A stretch of 64,000 bases of DNA from assembly GCA_963829655.1 (NCBI GenBank), contig CAWHJG010000002.1, forward strand, positions 4,290,523 to 4,354,522, in the 5' to 3' direction. This DNA comes from Pirellulales bacterium. Lineage in GTDB: Bacteria; Planctomycetota; Planctomycetia; Pirellulales; JALHPA01. A program made the position numbers and the translations under genes. Shown one piece after another: positions 42,646 to 54,556 of the stretch (positions are counted from its first letter, which is position 1; each line of letters starts with the position of its first letter). The notes beneath the pieces were generated by a model. It made no database searches, was not told where the DNA came from, and saw nothing but the letters and a program-made list of their open reading frames with translations.

Positions 42646-43395
42646 CTACCATGAATCGGGTGAAAGTGCTGGAGCGGCGGGCCGACATCCGAACGGACAC
42701 GCCCGCAAGTACGGCGCCTTTTCCAACGTGTAATCGAGCTGGTGGCCGTGGCGAAGGTCGTCGAAACCGTGGCGGTTATCGACCGCCTCGTGCGAAAAAT
42801 ACACTTCTCGGCCGCTCGCATCTTCGATGATGCCGTAACCCTTATCGTTGTGGCCTGGTGCGTTTCCCCCAAGATAGGGCGGCGGCGGTGGTGTGAATCC
42901 GTCGGTGCTGCGCCACTCGAGAATTGCCTCGGCGACTGTCTGCCCCCATTCGACGCCGCGCTCGAGGGAATTGCCGTCTGCATCGCCAATGGCAGCCAGC
43001 GATGTGGTGCGCTTGGCGTTCAGATCGGCCGACTGCGCCGGAAACCTCGCCAGCAAAATCACGTATGCGGCCTGAACGGCCGCCGCTCGCTTCGAAGCTC
43101 CCCGCGGCGCGTCGGCGGCAACGTGGATCGGCGCGTACCGGCGTTCGATTCCATTCACCGCATCGAATACCGCCGCCGAAACGAGCGCCGCATCGCGAGT
43201 GCTAACAATGGGGTTGACCGCCGCCGTGCGCAGGGCACTGAGCATGTGCTCGTGCCAATCGGTCACTTCATCAGCGCGGGCCGCGCTGGTTATGGCCAGC
43301 AGCAGCACCGAGAGCAGCAGGCCCAGCGCGAAACCTTTGTAAAGAAGCAACTCATACGCATACCCTTTCGAATTGAAGCGCGGTCTGCGATACAA
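42646..43395 (-). pseudogene. Chimera: vanadium haloperoxidase-like N-terminus fused to cold-shock-domain fragment
   Basis: ADEVTDW..AVFDAVNGI..AAAVQAAY..WRSTDG..PG joined at ~42853 to DKGYGII..GREVYFSHEAV. Confidence 0.7.
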
Positions 43396-43678
43396 TGAAA
43401 GGACATCGCTTCGGTGCGCAAACCATGCGCCACAAGCGGTGCCAGGCCGGTGAGGAACTTACTTGACGGTTAGGGCCTCACTGGCCGTTTTGTTGCTCTG
43501 CTCTGCAAATCCATCGAATTCTTGAGATTGGCAATCGCGGCATTCCACTCGCCTTGAATCATGTGCGCGGCCGCAGAAGCGTAAACATCAAACCCACTAG
43601 CGCGGCGCCGAAGCACGCGCCAGAGACAAGGAGTTGGATGACGTCCACGGTGCGATACGACTCGAATTCTGTAATGGT

Positions 43679-46202
43679 CTACTGGGCCAAACCGCGCTTA
43701 ATGAGCTGCTTCAGCCAGTTTCCTGATGGCGCCTCTTCTTTGATGTCCAGCAGTTCCGCCGCCTGGGCACGCATGTGCTTCAACCCACCGTCATCTGGGT
43801 TGTTTTTCTCCATCCACTCGACGCCCTGGTCATACCACTTACGCCCCTGTTCCTTCTCGCCGAGTTGCCCGTGAGCCATAGCGAGGAATAACCAATCGAG
43901 ACCATCGCCGCCATTGCGGAGCTTCGCCGCCTGCTGAAATGCCACGAGCGCATCGCTCCATTGTCCGGCCCGGTAGTGGGCCGTACCGAGTGTGCCCCAA
44001 TAGTTCCCCGCGGTTGGGGTCGCTTTGACAGCTTTTTTGGCCAGGTCGATGGCCTCTTTGAAGTGTTCAGTGCCGGGACGAGGCCAATTCGCCAGCAACC
44101 AAGCGAGGCTATGCTGTGTTTCGGCGTTTTCGGGGTGCAGCGCAAGAGCCGCTGTATAGAAGCGAGCCGCGTCTTCCCATTGAGGTGGCTGTTTGTTTGC
44201 GTGCAGCGAGGCTAGGGAGTAGTTGTTCCAAAAGTCGTCGGGGCGCTGGCGGTGGAGCTGACGCGTCAGGGTCATTACCTCCTCCCATTGCTCTGATTGA
44301 AATAATGCCGCAAAATAGAGACGCGAGGTCGGCCACTGTAGGACCCGGTCATTTTCAGTCGTGAGGAAGTCGCTCAGAGCTTTCGCGTCGCGAGTTTCCT
44401 GCGCGTCCCTAATACGATTGCGTAATTCATCCGCGTCGGCCAAGCGCGCGGCGGTCACCAGCTTCTTCGCGATCTCGTCACCCTGAGGTCTCACAAGGCG
44501 TCGAGTAAAAACCCAGTTATCGAGCGCCGAAGCTAGCTCAAGCCGGATCGTCGTGGCCGCAGTGTGATCGGCGATCTCCTGGGGGCTGAGCACGATTGCA
44601 TCCATGCCGAACTGTCGAAACGCCTCGGCATATGCTTCATCCTCCTTAGCGAAGTCGAATCCGCCCTCGCTCGTGGAACGCGATCCTTCGAGAGGGATGC
44701 TCTCCAAGCGCAAAACCATTTGCAAGTCTTTGCGCAGTTCGCCAGCGCGTTTTTGTAGCGCCTCACTGCTGCCGCCGGACAACAGCACCTCTGCGCCTGG
44801 GCCGCTGACAGGGCCTCGGCATACTTTCGCTGCGCCTGAAATCGCGCAGCTTCTTTCAACGCCGAGTCCACTTCCACATCGATGGCAGCCTGCCGGGTAG
44901 CCCGATCATGGACGGCCCAGCCGATGCTCCCGGCCACAACACCCAAGACTGCAAGCAGGGCCAAGGTCAGGACGGACGCGATCACTAGCCCGGCCTTGTT
45001 CCGCCGAGCGAACTTGCGAAAGCGATACGCTGCCGATGGCGGACACGCCTGCACGGCTTCATCCGTCAGATATCGCCCCAGGTCCTGCGCGATAGAATTG
45101 GCAGTGTCGTACCGCCGGCTGCGATCCTTCTCCAGGCACTTCATCACAATCCAGTCGAGCTCGCCGCGAACATCCTTGCTCAACCGCGCTGGCTCCGACT
45201 GGCGATTAGCGGCAATCGACGCCAGCGCGTGACTCGTGGTAAGGCGCGTACTGGGCTTTTGCGGTTCCTCCTCGCGAATGATCCGCAACATTTCATCAAA
45301 CGCCGCCTCTTTCAGCCGCTTTCCTTCAAAAGGCGTGGAGCCGGCCAAGAGCTCGTAGAGCAGCACGCCCAGAGAATAGATGTCGCTGCGCGTGTCGATG
45401 TCGAGCTGATTGAGCTTGGCCTGTTCGGGGCTCATGTACTCCAGTGTGCCGACCACCTGGCCGAACTCCGTGAACATCGTCCGTTCGGTGAGACGGTGCG
45501 CCGTCGCTTTGGCCACGCCAAAGTCGATCACCTTGGGAACGGCATGGTTGTCGTACTCAGCCACGAGCACGTTGGTCGGTTTGATATCGCGGTGGATGGT
45601 GCCCTTCTGGTGGGCATGCTGCACGGCCTGGCACACTTGCATGAACAGCTCCAGCCGTCGCGAAGCGGCAAGTGTTTTTCGTCGCAGTACTTCGTGATCG
45701 GCACGCCTTTGACCAGCTCCATCACGAAGTACGGACGGCCGCTTTCGGTCGTGCCCGCGTCCAGGACTTTGGCAATGTTCGGGTGGTCCATCAGCGCCAG
45801 CGCCTGCCGCTCGGCTTCGAAGCGGGCGATCACTTGGCGGCTGTCCATGCCGGCTTTGATCACCTTGAGCGCAACTTTGCGGTGAACGGGGTACGTTTGC
45901 TCGGCCATGAAGACGGTACCCATTCCCCCTTCGCCGATCTGTTCCAGCAGCTTGTAGGGGCCGATTTGGGTTCCGGGGAGTTCCAGTGGCTGGTCGATCG
46001 TAGGGTTAGAGTTGACCACGACTGCGGGTGACTCTAAAAAGCTTCCCACCTGACGGTGGTCATTCAGAAGCCGCATCACCAGGTTATGCAGTTCGGTATC
46101 TTCGCCACACGCTGCCGCGATATATCCGTCCCACTCCTCCGGCGGGAGTTTACCCACGGCATGTAGGAACAATTCACGGGCTCTTTGCATGTTTGCTGCC
46201 AT
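43679..46202 (-). CDS. Ser/Thr protein kinase with TM and TPR repeats (2 frameshifts)
   Basis: IGEGGMGTV, VALKVIK, HRDIKPTN, DFG, YMSPEQ; TPRs (YWGTLGTAHYRAG). Confidence 0.92.
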
Positions 46203-46293
46203 TACAACGACGCTCCTGCTCGTCATCCTATAGTGCGGATTCCCGGAGGATTTGTCCGGAAGAAAATCAACAAAAACTCAAAATGCCGACCCG

Positions 46294-46851
46294 TCACTCG
46301 CCATCTAGAAGCGATTTGAGGCGGACGCGAGCGTATGACCAGTGTTCATACGCCGTGGATCGAGAAATGCCTACGATCTCAGCAGCGTCTTCGATCGACA
46401 ATCCGGTGAAAAACCGCAACTGAACCAACTCCGCCGACTGTGGATCTTCCGCAGCCAGCCGTAACAGTGCTTCATCGATGTCGAGGAGTTCGTCCGCCGG
46501 CGAAGAAAGGCCGATTTGGACGGCATCTAAAGGTATTTTTCGACCACCGCCTCCGCGCTTGTCAGCTTGCTTGCGGCGGGCCTGATCGACGAGGATACGG
46601 CGCATCGCCACAGCAGCGGCCCCAAAGAAGTGGCTCCTACTCTTCCAACGCTGCGACTGCTCAGCATCAGTCAGTCGTAAATATGCCTCGTGCACTAGTG
46701 CCGTTGCCTGGAGCGTTTGGCCGGGCTTCTCCTGAGCCAGTTTTGCCGCCGCCAGCTTGCGCAGCTCCTCATAAACCAGCGGGAGCAATTGCTCTGCAGC
46801 GTCCGGATCGCCGGACTCGATTTGTGACAAGATGCGGGTGACATTTGACAT
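46294..46851 (-). CDS. Planctomycete kinase-associated ECF sigma factor (TIGR02999-like)
   Basis: VTRIL..LLPLVYEELRKLA..TLQATALVHEAYLRL..KRGGG. Confidence 0.9.
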   Translation of the reverse strand: MSNVTRILSQIESGDPDAAEQLLPLVYEELRKLAAAKLAQEKPGQTLQATALVHEAYLRLTDAEQSQRWKSRSHFFGAAAVAMRRILVDQARRKQADKRGGGGRKIPLDAVQIGLSSPADELLDIDEALLRLAAEDPQSAELVQLRFFTGLSIEDAAEIVGISRSTAYEHWSYARVRLKSLLDGE

Positions 46852-47638
46852 GGGCCAAATTGTGGTCGACGCACTACATGCCCGCAATCAGCGCCCGAAC
46901 TTGACAAACGACGCAATAATCCGCGACCAAGATGCCTCAGAGAGAGCGGCAGACAGTTCGCAAATCAACCTGCCTCAGTTACATCGCCCGAGGCACAACG
47001 AGGATTGGGGTCCAGCCGAGAAATCGTTCGTTTCCCATGAAGTGTGACGGCACGTCTTCTGGCCCCAAAAAATGCGGATACCAATGTCTGCAAACTTATC
47101 TCAGCAATCAAAGTGCCGAGAACTCGTTGAAAACGAGCTGGTTGACGCACCGTTCAACTCCTGGGGCGGCCACACCGACGTAGCCAGAGCATCTATTAAT
47201 CCTAGATGTGCTCGTCTGGTGTAGCGATTCGGGGCGTGGTTGGTTCGCTTGGGTCATGAGCGAAACATCGCCCTGCCGGCACCATGCTCGCGCACCCGGC
47301 GGCCCTCTCCACCAGCAAGTCGCTTAGGAGCACCGCAACGTCACGACGAGTAGAGCAATAGGACGTAATCAGCGCTGCTTCGCCGAAGAAGAATATCTCC
47401 GCTATGTCGAGAGCCTTTCGCGGTGATCCGGAGCGGTGGCGACGAGCCCGCTGTGAAATACATTGCAGAGACCGGGCTCGGACCGAACGGCACGATAGTA
47501 CACCATCCGGTGCTTGCGCGGTGCTTAGACCACAGTTTCTGATGTGACCAGTGACACTAGTTTTGTGGTTTACTACACTAAGCCCACCACGTAAGGAAGC
47601 GTGCGGGTGTGCGAAGGGATTCAATAAACTGGCGCCCG

Positions 47639-47678
47639 AAACGGCCGCTTCTTCTTAACCTTAAGAGGCGGCCGTTTA
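47639..47678. terminator. Possible intrinsic terminator hairpin
   Basis: AAACGGCCGCTTCTT..AAGAGGCGGCCGTTT. Confidence 0.4.
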
Positions 47679-47948
47679 CGTTTAATGGCCATGCGTTAGT
47701 GATTCACGCAACCAGCGGCGGTACGTGTCGAGCACCGGCGGAAGTTTCGACGCCCAGATTTGTGCATTTTCGAGTTCGCCGCGCCGTTCTCAGCGAACAA
47801 CCGACTGAAACACCGCCCCTGCCGGCGCTGTAATCGCAATCCGTGCCCGCCCCCCCTTGCGGCCAAGTGCAGCGGTCAATCTTTGCGAAGTGAAAGAATC
47901 TCGTAGATAAATCCAGCTGGTCAGTCACTGTATGTGGTGGATGGACTG

Positions 47949-48503
47949 ATGGAGCAACGAATGTCGGATCACCCAGAAGACGCCGCTCTAGTACGGGCTG
48001 TCCTATCCGGAAACACGCCGTCATTCGGCGGCCTATATGACCGGTACGTCCGCCTTGTGCGGGCCATCTGCCTGGGTTTGACGGGTCGATTACAGGACGC
48101 AGACGACCTGTGCCAAGAGGTTTTCTTGCGGGCACATCGCGAGCTTCAAACGCTGCAAGACGGTTCGAGGTTCGGGGCATGGCTTGTGGGGATTGCACGA
48201 CTCACGGGCAAAGAGTGGCAACGAGCGCGTCGCCGTGAGCGGCTCCGGTCAAATACCGACCACGAGCCATCGTGCACTTGGCCGGATCGGATTGAGGCGG
48301 CGGATGAAGACGCTAACCTGTTACGGATGATCTGCCGGCTAAAGGAGGATGAGCAACTGGCGCTACACTTGTTTTACTTGAAGGAAGAGCCGGTCGACGC
48401 AGCGCGAGCCGTGATGGGATTGTCGCGTTCGGGTTTCTATCGAGTGATAGATCGAGCGAAGCGGCGACTTGCCATGCAGTTCGCACAAAAAGTGAGGATG
48501 TAG
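47949..48503 (+). CDS. ECF sigma-70 factor
   Basis: DADDLCQEVFLRA, FGAWLVGIAR, region 4 LHLFYL..MGLSRS. Confidence 0.88.
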   Translation: MEQRMSDHPEDAALVRAVLSGNTPSFGGLYDRYVRLVRAICLGLTGRLQDADDLCQEVFLRAHRELQTLQDGSRFGAWLVGIARLTGKEWQRARRRERLRSNTDHEPSCTWPDRIEAADEDANLLRMICRLKEDEQLALHLFYLKEEPVDAARAVMGLSRSGFYRVIDRAKRRLAMQFAQKVRM

Positions 48504-48507
48504 AGCC

Positions 48508-49726
48508 ATGAATGAATCGATTGAAAGCGACCTTCGCGCACATTATGCGGTGATCCGCGATGTTGACCCGAACGGCCGGGCAAAGCTGTTGGCAAGATTA
48601 ATGGAAGAACTGCAAGCGCCATCAACAAGAGTGGTGCGCCGACAGAGCCGCATCAGAGTGAGAGTGCCGCTGTTTGTGGCAGTTGGTGCGGGAATCCTCT
48701 TGGCGGCGCTGGTTTGGTTCCCCAGAGGCCCGCAGAGCGTGCTTTGGGCCGACGTGAGCGAAAAGCTAAATTCGACGGAGACTCTGCAATATCGGTGGCT
48801 ACAAAGGATGGCGCCTAACCGCTCTGAGGAGAGTCCGCGATGGAATTACGCAACGGTATACCAGGCGAAACATCGCACTCGATCGGACAATTGGACAACC
48901 CCCGATGAGACGAGCCTGCCGAGCCGGAACACGGCCCGACTCAATTGGGTTTGGATTTGAAGACGTCGAGAACCGCATTTTGGAGTCGTATTCGTTCGAC
49001 TATAAGGGACAGCGCTTTGCCCGCAGCGTGATCTACCGCTCGGTTCACTATCCGGTATTAGACAACAAGCCGGAAGAAGCAAACGCTTCGGACTTGCTGA
49101 AACAACTCACAACTCTTCCGCCGGAAGCCGTACTGAAACGAGGGCGCGAGCAAAAACATGGTCGGGAAGTCGTCAAGTTTGAAGTAATCGACCTCGCGAA
49201 GCTGAAACTATCGACGATGTTTGGGGTCACGTCAGCCAACATCTTCGTTGATGTGCAGTCGCGATTACCCATCGCGATCGAGGGAGTTGGCATCGGCGGC
49301 CATGTCTCGCGCATCTGGGCCATCGAGATCAATCAGTCGGCAACCTCGATCTTTGACTTGCCACCGCTGCCTGCGGATGTCGATGCCGAGGAGAATTGGA
49401 CTTTCTGGCTTCCGGTCGGCCTTTGGGAAAGAGATAGCGGGTTTACCATCCGAGTTTCTGGACCAGACGGCGACCCCGTAATTAGCGAAAGCGACTTTCG
49501 CTCCATGGGTCCTTATCGTGGCGGCGGCTTCGAGTCTGAACTGCTATCGGAAGGGATCGAGAAGCTGGACCGTTTCATGGCCCGGCACCCGGGCGCTTCG
49601 GTAAAAATTGAAATTGCGGGCGAACCACCAATCCAGCGCAAAGTGTTTGGGCGACTAAGTCGTCAGATCGGTGTCGCGCCGGTTCGTCTCATCGGGTTCG
49701 GGCCAGTTGAGTGTGGGGAAAAGTAG
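48508..49726 (+). CDS. Probable anti-sigma factor with TM and LolA-like periplasmic region (frameshift ~48930)
   Basis: TM VPLFVAVGAGILLAALVWF, WADV, IFVDVQSRLPIAIE, IFDLP; follows sigma gene by 4 nt. Confidence 0.65.
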
Positions 49727-49775
49727 GCGAACGGTGTGGTCGCTGCACGCCTTTGAACGTCCATAGGGAGTGTTG

Positions 49776-49870
49776 TCATTCTCCAAAATCCACGGATCGA
49801 AACACCGCCTCAGCCGGCGCCACGATCGCGATCCTGGCCCGCCGCCCCTTGTGCCCTACGAAGCGCTCAA
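49776..49870 (-). pseudogene. Remnant paralog of the CsrA-like ORF 51621..51818
   Basis: RFVGHKGRRARIAIVAPAEAVFRS; DNA similarity to 51640-51700. Confidence 0.5.
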
Positions 49871-50243
49871 GGTCGACTCTGTACGGCAAAAGCTTGTTGC
49901 TCCGAGTTGCGGAATGCGGCCCCGAAAAGACTAGGGCGGCGGGCAGGCGGACCAGAAACTCGACTGCCGCTGACATGAATTATTGTATCGAATTTGCCCC
50001 CGTCGTGTGGCTTTCCACGTGGCGGTCCACGCAACGATGGATCTCGGGCGTACGTTATTGTTAGCCGTGCGACGCAATTCGATGCTTGTTACGCGGAGCA
50101 TGCAAGCATTTGATTGACCAGCTCTGATGGTCGATGGTCGGTCAACGATAAACTCTTATCGCAATCCTCCAGTTGGGCAGTTATCTTGTAACGCGCTCAA
50201 GGAACGGGCGTTCTGACACTGTCTGATTCTGGTCGCAACATTG

Positions 50244-51527
50244 ATGCACGGGCTTCCAGCCGCGATTCGCCAGCGACTTGATCAGTTGCCACATCGTGCC
50301 CCGATTTTGCGGTATGCCCTAACGCTGGGTATCGTTGGCGTCATCACTCTGGTGGTGCATCGCAGCCCGCTTACCGAGATGGCGCGTGGCGTGATCGCGA
50401 TCTCGGTGGTCCTGCTCTGTGCTTGGTTTGGAGGACTTGGACCGGCACTTCTGCTTACTCCGCTGCTATTGCTGATCGCCCGGCTAGTCCGAGACGAGCC
50501 TGATCGATGGGCAGCAATGAACTCGGACGACGTCATGGGGCTTACGGTCATGACGCTGATTTGTTCTTCGATCGGCCTAGCAGGACAGTACCGTCGGCGC
50601 ATTCGAGCCGTCACGGAGCAACATGCTCAAAAATTACAAGACCAAGCCCTGCGCTTTGAATCAAGCCCCGATCGTGTTCCGCGACGTCGAAGGACGGATA
50701 ACGGAATGGCATGCGGGGACCGAGCGTCTGTTTGGATGGTCAAGCGTGGACGTTATTGGACAACTGCTGCACGAACTTCTGCAAACTCGCTTCCCCCAAG
50801 ATGTGGACCAAATCAAGGCCGAGCTAGTCAACACCGGCGAGTGGCAAGGCGAAGTAATTCAGCGTCATAAGGACGGGCACGAGTTGCACGTCGCAACTCA
50901 TTGGATTCTGTACCAAGACAAGACAGGTAATCCAATCGGAGTCCGGCCACGAGTTAAGTGTGTCGCTTCCAGATCATCCTGTGTTTGTCGAAGCAGATCT
51001 CATCCGACTGGCGCAGATTATTGCAAAATGGTGGCACAGTAACAGCGTCGAGTGCAGGCGTCGGTGAAGGAAGTGAATTTGTCCTTCGATTACCAGTTCT
51101 GAACGAATCGCGAACATTGGGACATCAGGACCAGCAGTGGACTCTGTCTCACGTCAACGATGGGTTAGAACGACGCGTGTTGGTGGTAGACGATAATGCA
51201 GACGCTGCCAAAGCCATCGAGATGATTTTGAAACTGTCCGGATACGAGGTCCATTGCGTGCATGACGGTCCCGCCGCGCTGGAAGCGGCCAACGCTTTGC
51301 GTCCGGATGTGGTGGTGTTGGATATCGGTCTGCCGGGAATGACCGGATACGAAGTCGCGGAACGCTTGCGCGGGCAACCGCAATTCAAGCAACTTCAGTT
51401 GATCGCCGTGACCGGCTACGGACAAGACGCAGATCGCCGCCGCTCGAAAGAAGTTGGCATCGACCACCATCTTACAAAGCCGATCGATGCAAACGCTCTT
51501 CAGACAATTGTTGCCAGTTCGTTTTAG
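50244..51527 (+). pseudogene. Hybrid sensor kinase (TM-PAS-[HisKA/HATPase largely deleted]-REC)
   Basis: TM domain, PAS (GRITEWHAGTERLFGWS), stub VEADLIRLAQII, GGTVTASSAGVGEGSEF, intact REC. Confidence 0.75.
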
Positions 51528-51620
51528 CATCAAGCAGAACCCAGCCGGGGGCATGACCGAACGCTATCAATTGAGCCACGTGAAGTACGGCGGTTCAGGA
51601 ACTGAGATAACTCGCAAAAC

Positions 51621-51818
51621 TCAACAGAATCGAACACCGCCCGACGGAGCCTCGATCGCGATCTGGCCCGCCGGCCCTTTGCGGCCGACTAACCGGACAA
51701 TCACGTCCACGCCATTGATCTCCACCGTGCGGCTTTGCCCCGGGGAATACCAGTCGAGTGACTGGCTTGATCGCCGCGCTTCACGGGGATTTTCAGTTTC
51801 CTTCGGTGCTTCTTTCAT
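51621..51818 (-). CDS. Small protein with CsrA-like beta-rich C-terminus
   Basis: VEINGVDVIVRLVGRKG[RRAR]IAIEAP resembles the CsrA VRIGIEAP segment; probable small indel. Confidence 0.45.
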   Translation of the reverse strand: MKEAPKETENPREARRSSQSLDWYSPGQSRTVEINGVDVIVRLVGRKGPAGQIAIEAPSGGVRFC

Positions 51819-52019
51819 TGCAGTGGGTTAGATCTGCGCACGCCTGCATGCAACAGGAGTTGATTCGGGCAACGACGAGGCGATGTTTATCCACCGATGT
51901 TTGTTGCGGTGCATCTTGTCCATGACCGTTTTTCTCCTCAATCGCTCCCCGGCAGCTACTGTCGTGCACTGTCGCGACAGTTGGCATTGCTCTATCGCAC
52001 GCGCCCGCCCGCGCACGCG

Positions 52020-52250
52020 CGCGGGAGCAAGGCACGCTGCATCATGGTTGCGGACGTTGTTGACATGAGTGGTGACTGGCTCGGCGAACATTACGTCGGC
52101 CGGGAGCATGTACTTCACGTCCGCAGGATTGACGAGCGTCGAATCCAGCCACTTGTCGTAGTCGGTCGCCCCAAGAATGACCGGCATCCGGTCGTGGACC
52201 TTGGCGACACAGTTCATTTGGATTCGTCGTGAGAATCGTCGCCATCCATC
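52020..52250 (-). pseudogene. SRAP C-terminal fragment
   Basis: TILTTNPNEL..KVHDRMPVIL...WLD...VNNVRN. Confidence 0.8.
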
Positions 52251-52262
52251 GGCTGACGGGTT

Positions 52263-52640
52263 TTACTCGCTTTGGCCAATATGCCAACAGACCCCCGCGA
52301 GATCGATCAAGTTGACTTCCCGCCCCCACGGATGGTTGGTGGGACCACTGAACCGCACACCCGGATAGGTTCGGTCGAGGCCTTTTTGCGAAATGGAACC
52401 CCACCACCGATCCAAATCGTCAACATTGAGCCGCACCATGAAATTCTGCGCAAAAACGCTCGTCGTTAAACCGTTGGAGAATGAACTCTGCGCCGCCGTT
52501 GCGGAACCCAGCGTATCCATTGTTCTCCCAAACCTCCTCGAAACCAAGATCAGCAAAGAGACGGCGACTGGCATCGTAATCTTTGCCGCTGGGAACAAAT
52601 GGGAGTAACGACTTCGCGCTGAGATCTTTCACAGGACTTC
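52263..52640 (-). CDS. VOC/glyoxalase family protein (frameshifted)
   Basis: PFVPSGKDYDASRRLFADLGF..FILQ; LNVDDLDRWW..PWGREVNLIDLAGVCWH. Confidence 0.8.
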
Positions 52641-52805
52641 CTACGTGGCAGGTTGAATTGGTGCGGATGCCTAAAGTGAGTGCGAGCTGAATGTAGTTCG
52701 GCAGCGAGCGTCTTGCAAGAAACGCGAACCCAGTTGACAACATTGATCGGCGGAGGCACCATCGCGACCGTGGCTGCGACGTTGCATTTCAACCGCAGGT
52801 GAAGG

Positions 52806-52960
52806 ATGGCAAAGCCCAACGGCTACGATCTCGAAATCGTGCGCGACTTCCTGGAACAGTTGCTTCGGTAAGTGCGCGTTAATTACCACAGTGCGAAAAT
52901 CCTGACCCCGAAACTTTTACCGTCGTTATCGTAGAGAGGCAAAGGATTGGACAAGGCGCA
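52806..52960 (+). pseudogene. Decayed paralog of ORF 30170..30559
   Basis: NGYDLEIVRDFLEQLLR-stop-VRV versus NGYDLEMIRDFPEQLLWEVRV. Confidence 0.7.
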
Positions 52961-53011
52961 TTTTCAATTTGCCTTTGATCAAGTTTCTGCCGTTCATACC
53001 GAGTTGCTTTC

Positions 53012-53598
53012 ATGGCTTCCGATGTCACCAAGCTTCAGGAGAATCTTATCGTGTGGGCGGCAGGTTATGGCATTGCCGTAGGGCAGGCCGACCTGGACGA
53101 CGACATTGCGGGGAAATTCGACGGCCCCAGCATTGTGCTCAACGAGGAATACGATCCCACCGAACGCGCCTTCTATCTGGCGCATTCGATTGGCAGTATT
53201 GCCGAGTGGAGCATCCGACCCAATCAATCGCAACAAATTATCAGCGAGCTACGACAGGCCAAACAACAGAGAGATGTGGATGAGGCTCGCTTTGACGGTG
53301 CACTTGCAGCTTACCTCTCATTTGAGAATACGACCTGGGAGTATGCAGTATGGCTGTTGCAAAACGTCGGGCAGAAGCACTTCGTGCCTCAATTCACCAA
53401 TTTCGGCGCACGGACATGGAGGCGATGCGTGTGTTTCATACGACCGGCAAGGCGCCGGTGTGGCGAGATTTCTTCGCTGCCTGGAATACTCAGGTCAGCC
53501 AAGGCCTACAAAAAGTAATTTCCTTCACGGCGCGATCCATTCCTACGTTTCAAGCGATAAGAATCCCAACTCAGGAGATCGTACAAGAAGAGGATTGA
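53012..53598 (+). CDS. Hypothetical protein, ImmA/IrrE-like N-terminal region (frameshift ~53410)
   Basis: AGKFDG..IVLN....ERAFYLAHSIG; HExxH not intact. Confidence 0.5.
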
Positions 53599-53813
53599 CT
53601 GGTGTGATGGTCAGTTATCCCACAAGTCGCTTCATTGACCACTCAAGTGGGCCCTCCCTCAAGAAAAGCGCGACAACCAGCGCTAAGAAAGAGAAAATAA
53701 GCGCACAGGTATCGCCCTGAGGTAGAATCGGAAGTCTACTGCAGCTTTTCGTCATCCACGTTGTTGCGTTGGCTAGACAACGATTTAAGCCCATATCTAC
53801 CCAGGAGTTCGCC

Positions 53814-53993
53814 ATGATCCGTGTTGTAATTGTCGATCAAGACGGGAAACCTGTGTTGCCAAAGGATGTTGCGACCGCTGCAGAGTTGCGCGAGGTGGTG
53901 GAGCAATCGCGAGGTCTGATCAGGGATTGTGAGCGCCTTGCATCGCAAAAGGATCCGAAGGCCGGGAAGGGACAAGTTCCCTATCTCTCATAA
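53814..53993 (+). CDS. Small hypothetical protein
   Basis: SD AGGAG, 59 aa. Confidence 0.45.
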   Translation: MIRVVIVDQDGKPVLPKDVATAAELREVVEQSRGLIRDCERLASQKDPKAGKGQVPYLS

Positions 53994-54437
53994 TTCCGTG
54001 GCCGGTCGGGAAGGACGCAGGCTAGTACGATGGCGGTCCAGAGTTGGCCCACCTGAATTGCCAATGCGATTAAATCCGACACGACCGCTTCTGGGGACGC
54101 GAACGAGCGTCTGTTTTGCCCTGGCGAGTTGTCGGTGACCATCCGGCTGGTCGGACGCGCAGGGTTTCTAGCGTGTCGTTCTGCGACACACAATTCGCCG
54201 GCGTTTGTCGTTGCCAGCCGTGGCCTGACTGCCGACGATCAGCACAACCCTCGCGCTCGATGGCTTGTGCTACATCTTGTGTCGCACCTAGAGGGTAGAA
54301 CAGCGAAAAACAGCGTAACGAATCGCTTGCTAGACCGCCGACAAGTGCGCGAAAGAAAGCCCGAAATCCTCGTGTTTTCCGGAGATTTCGGGCCTTTGGG
54401 GCTTCGCGACTACTTGCCCGTCAACGATACACTAAAT

Positions 54438-54477
<40 letters not shown>

Positions 54478-54556
54478 GGAAGATGCAAGTATAGCGGAGC
54501 AAGCAGCTTGTGACGAGGGGCGTGGTTCGCGCGGACCAACGGCTACACGTCGAGAA

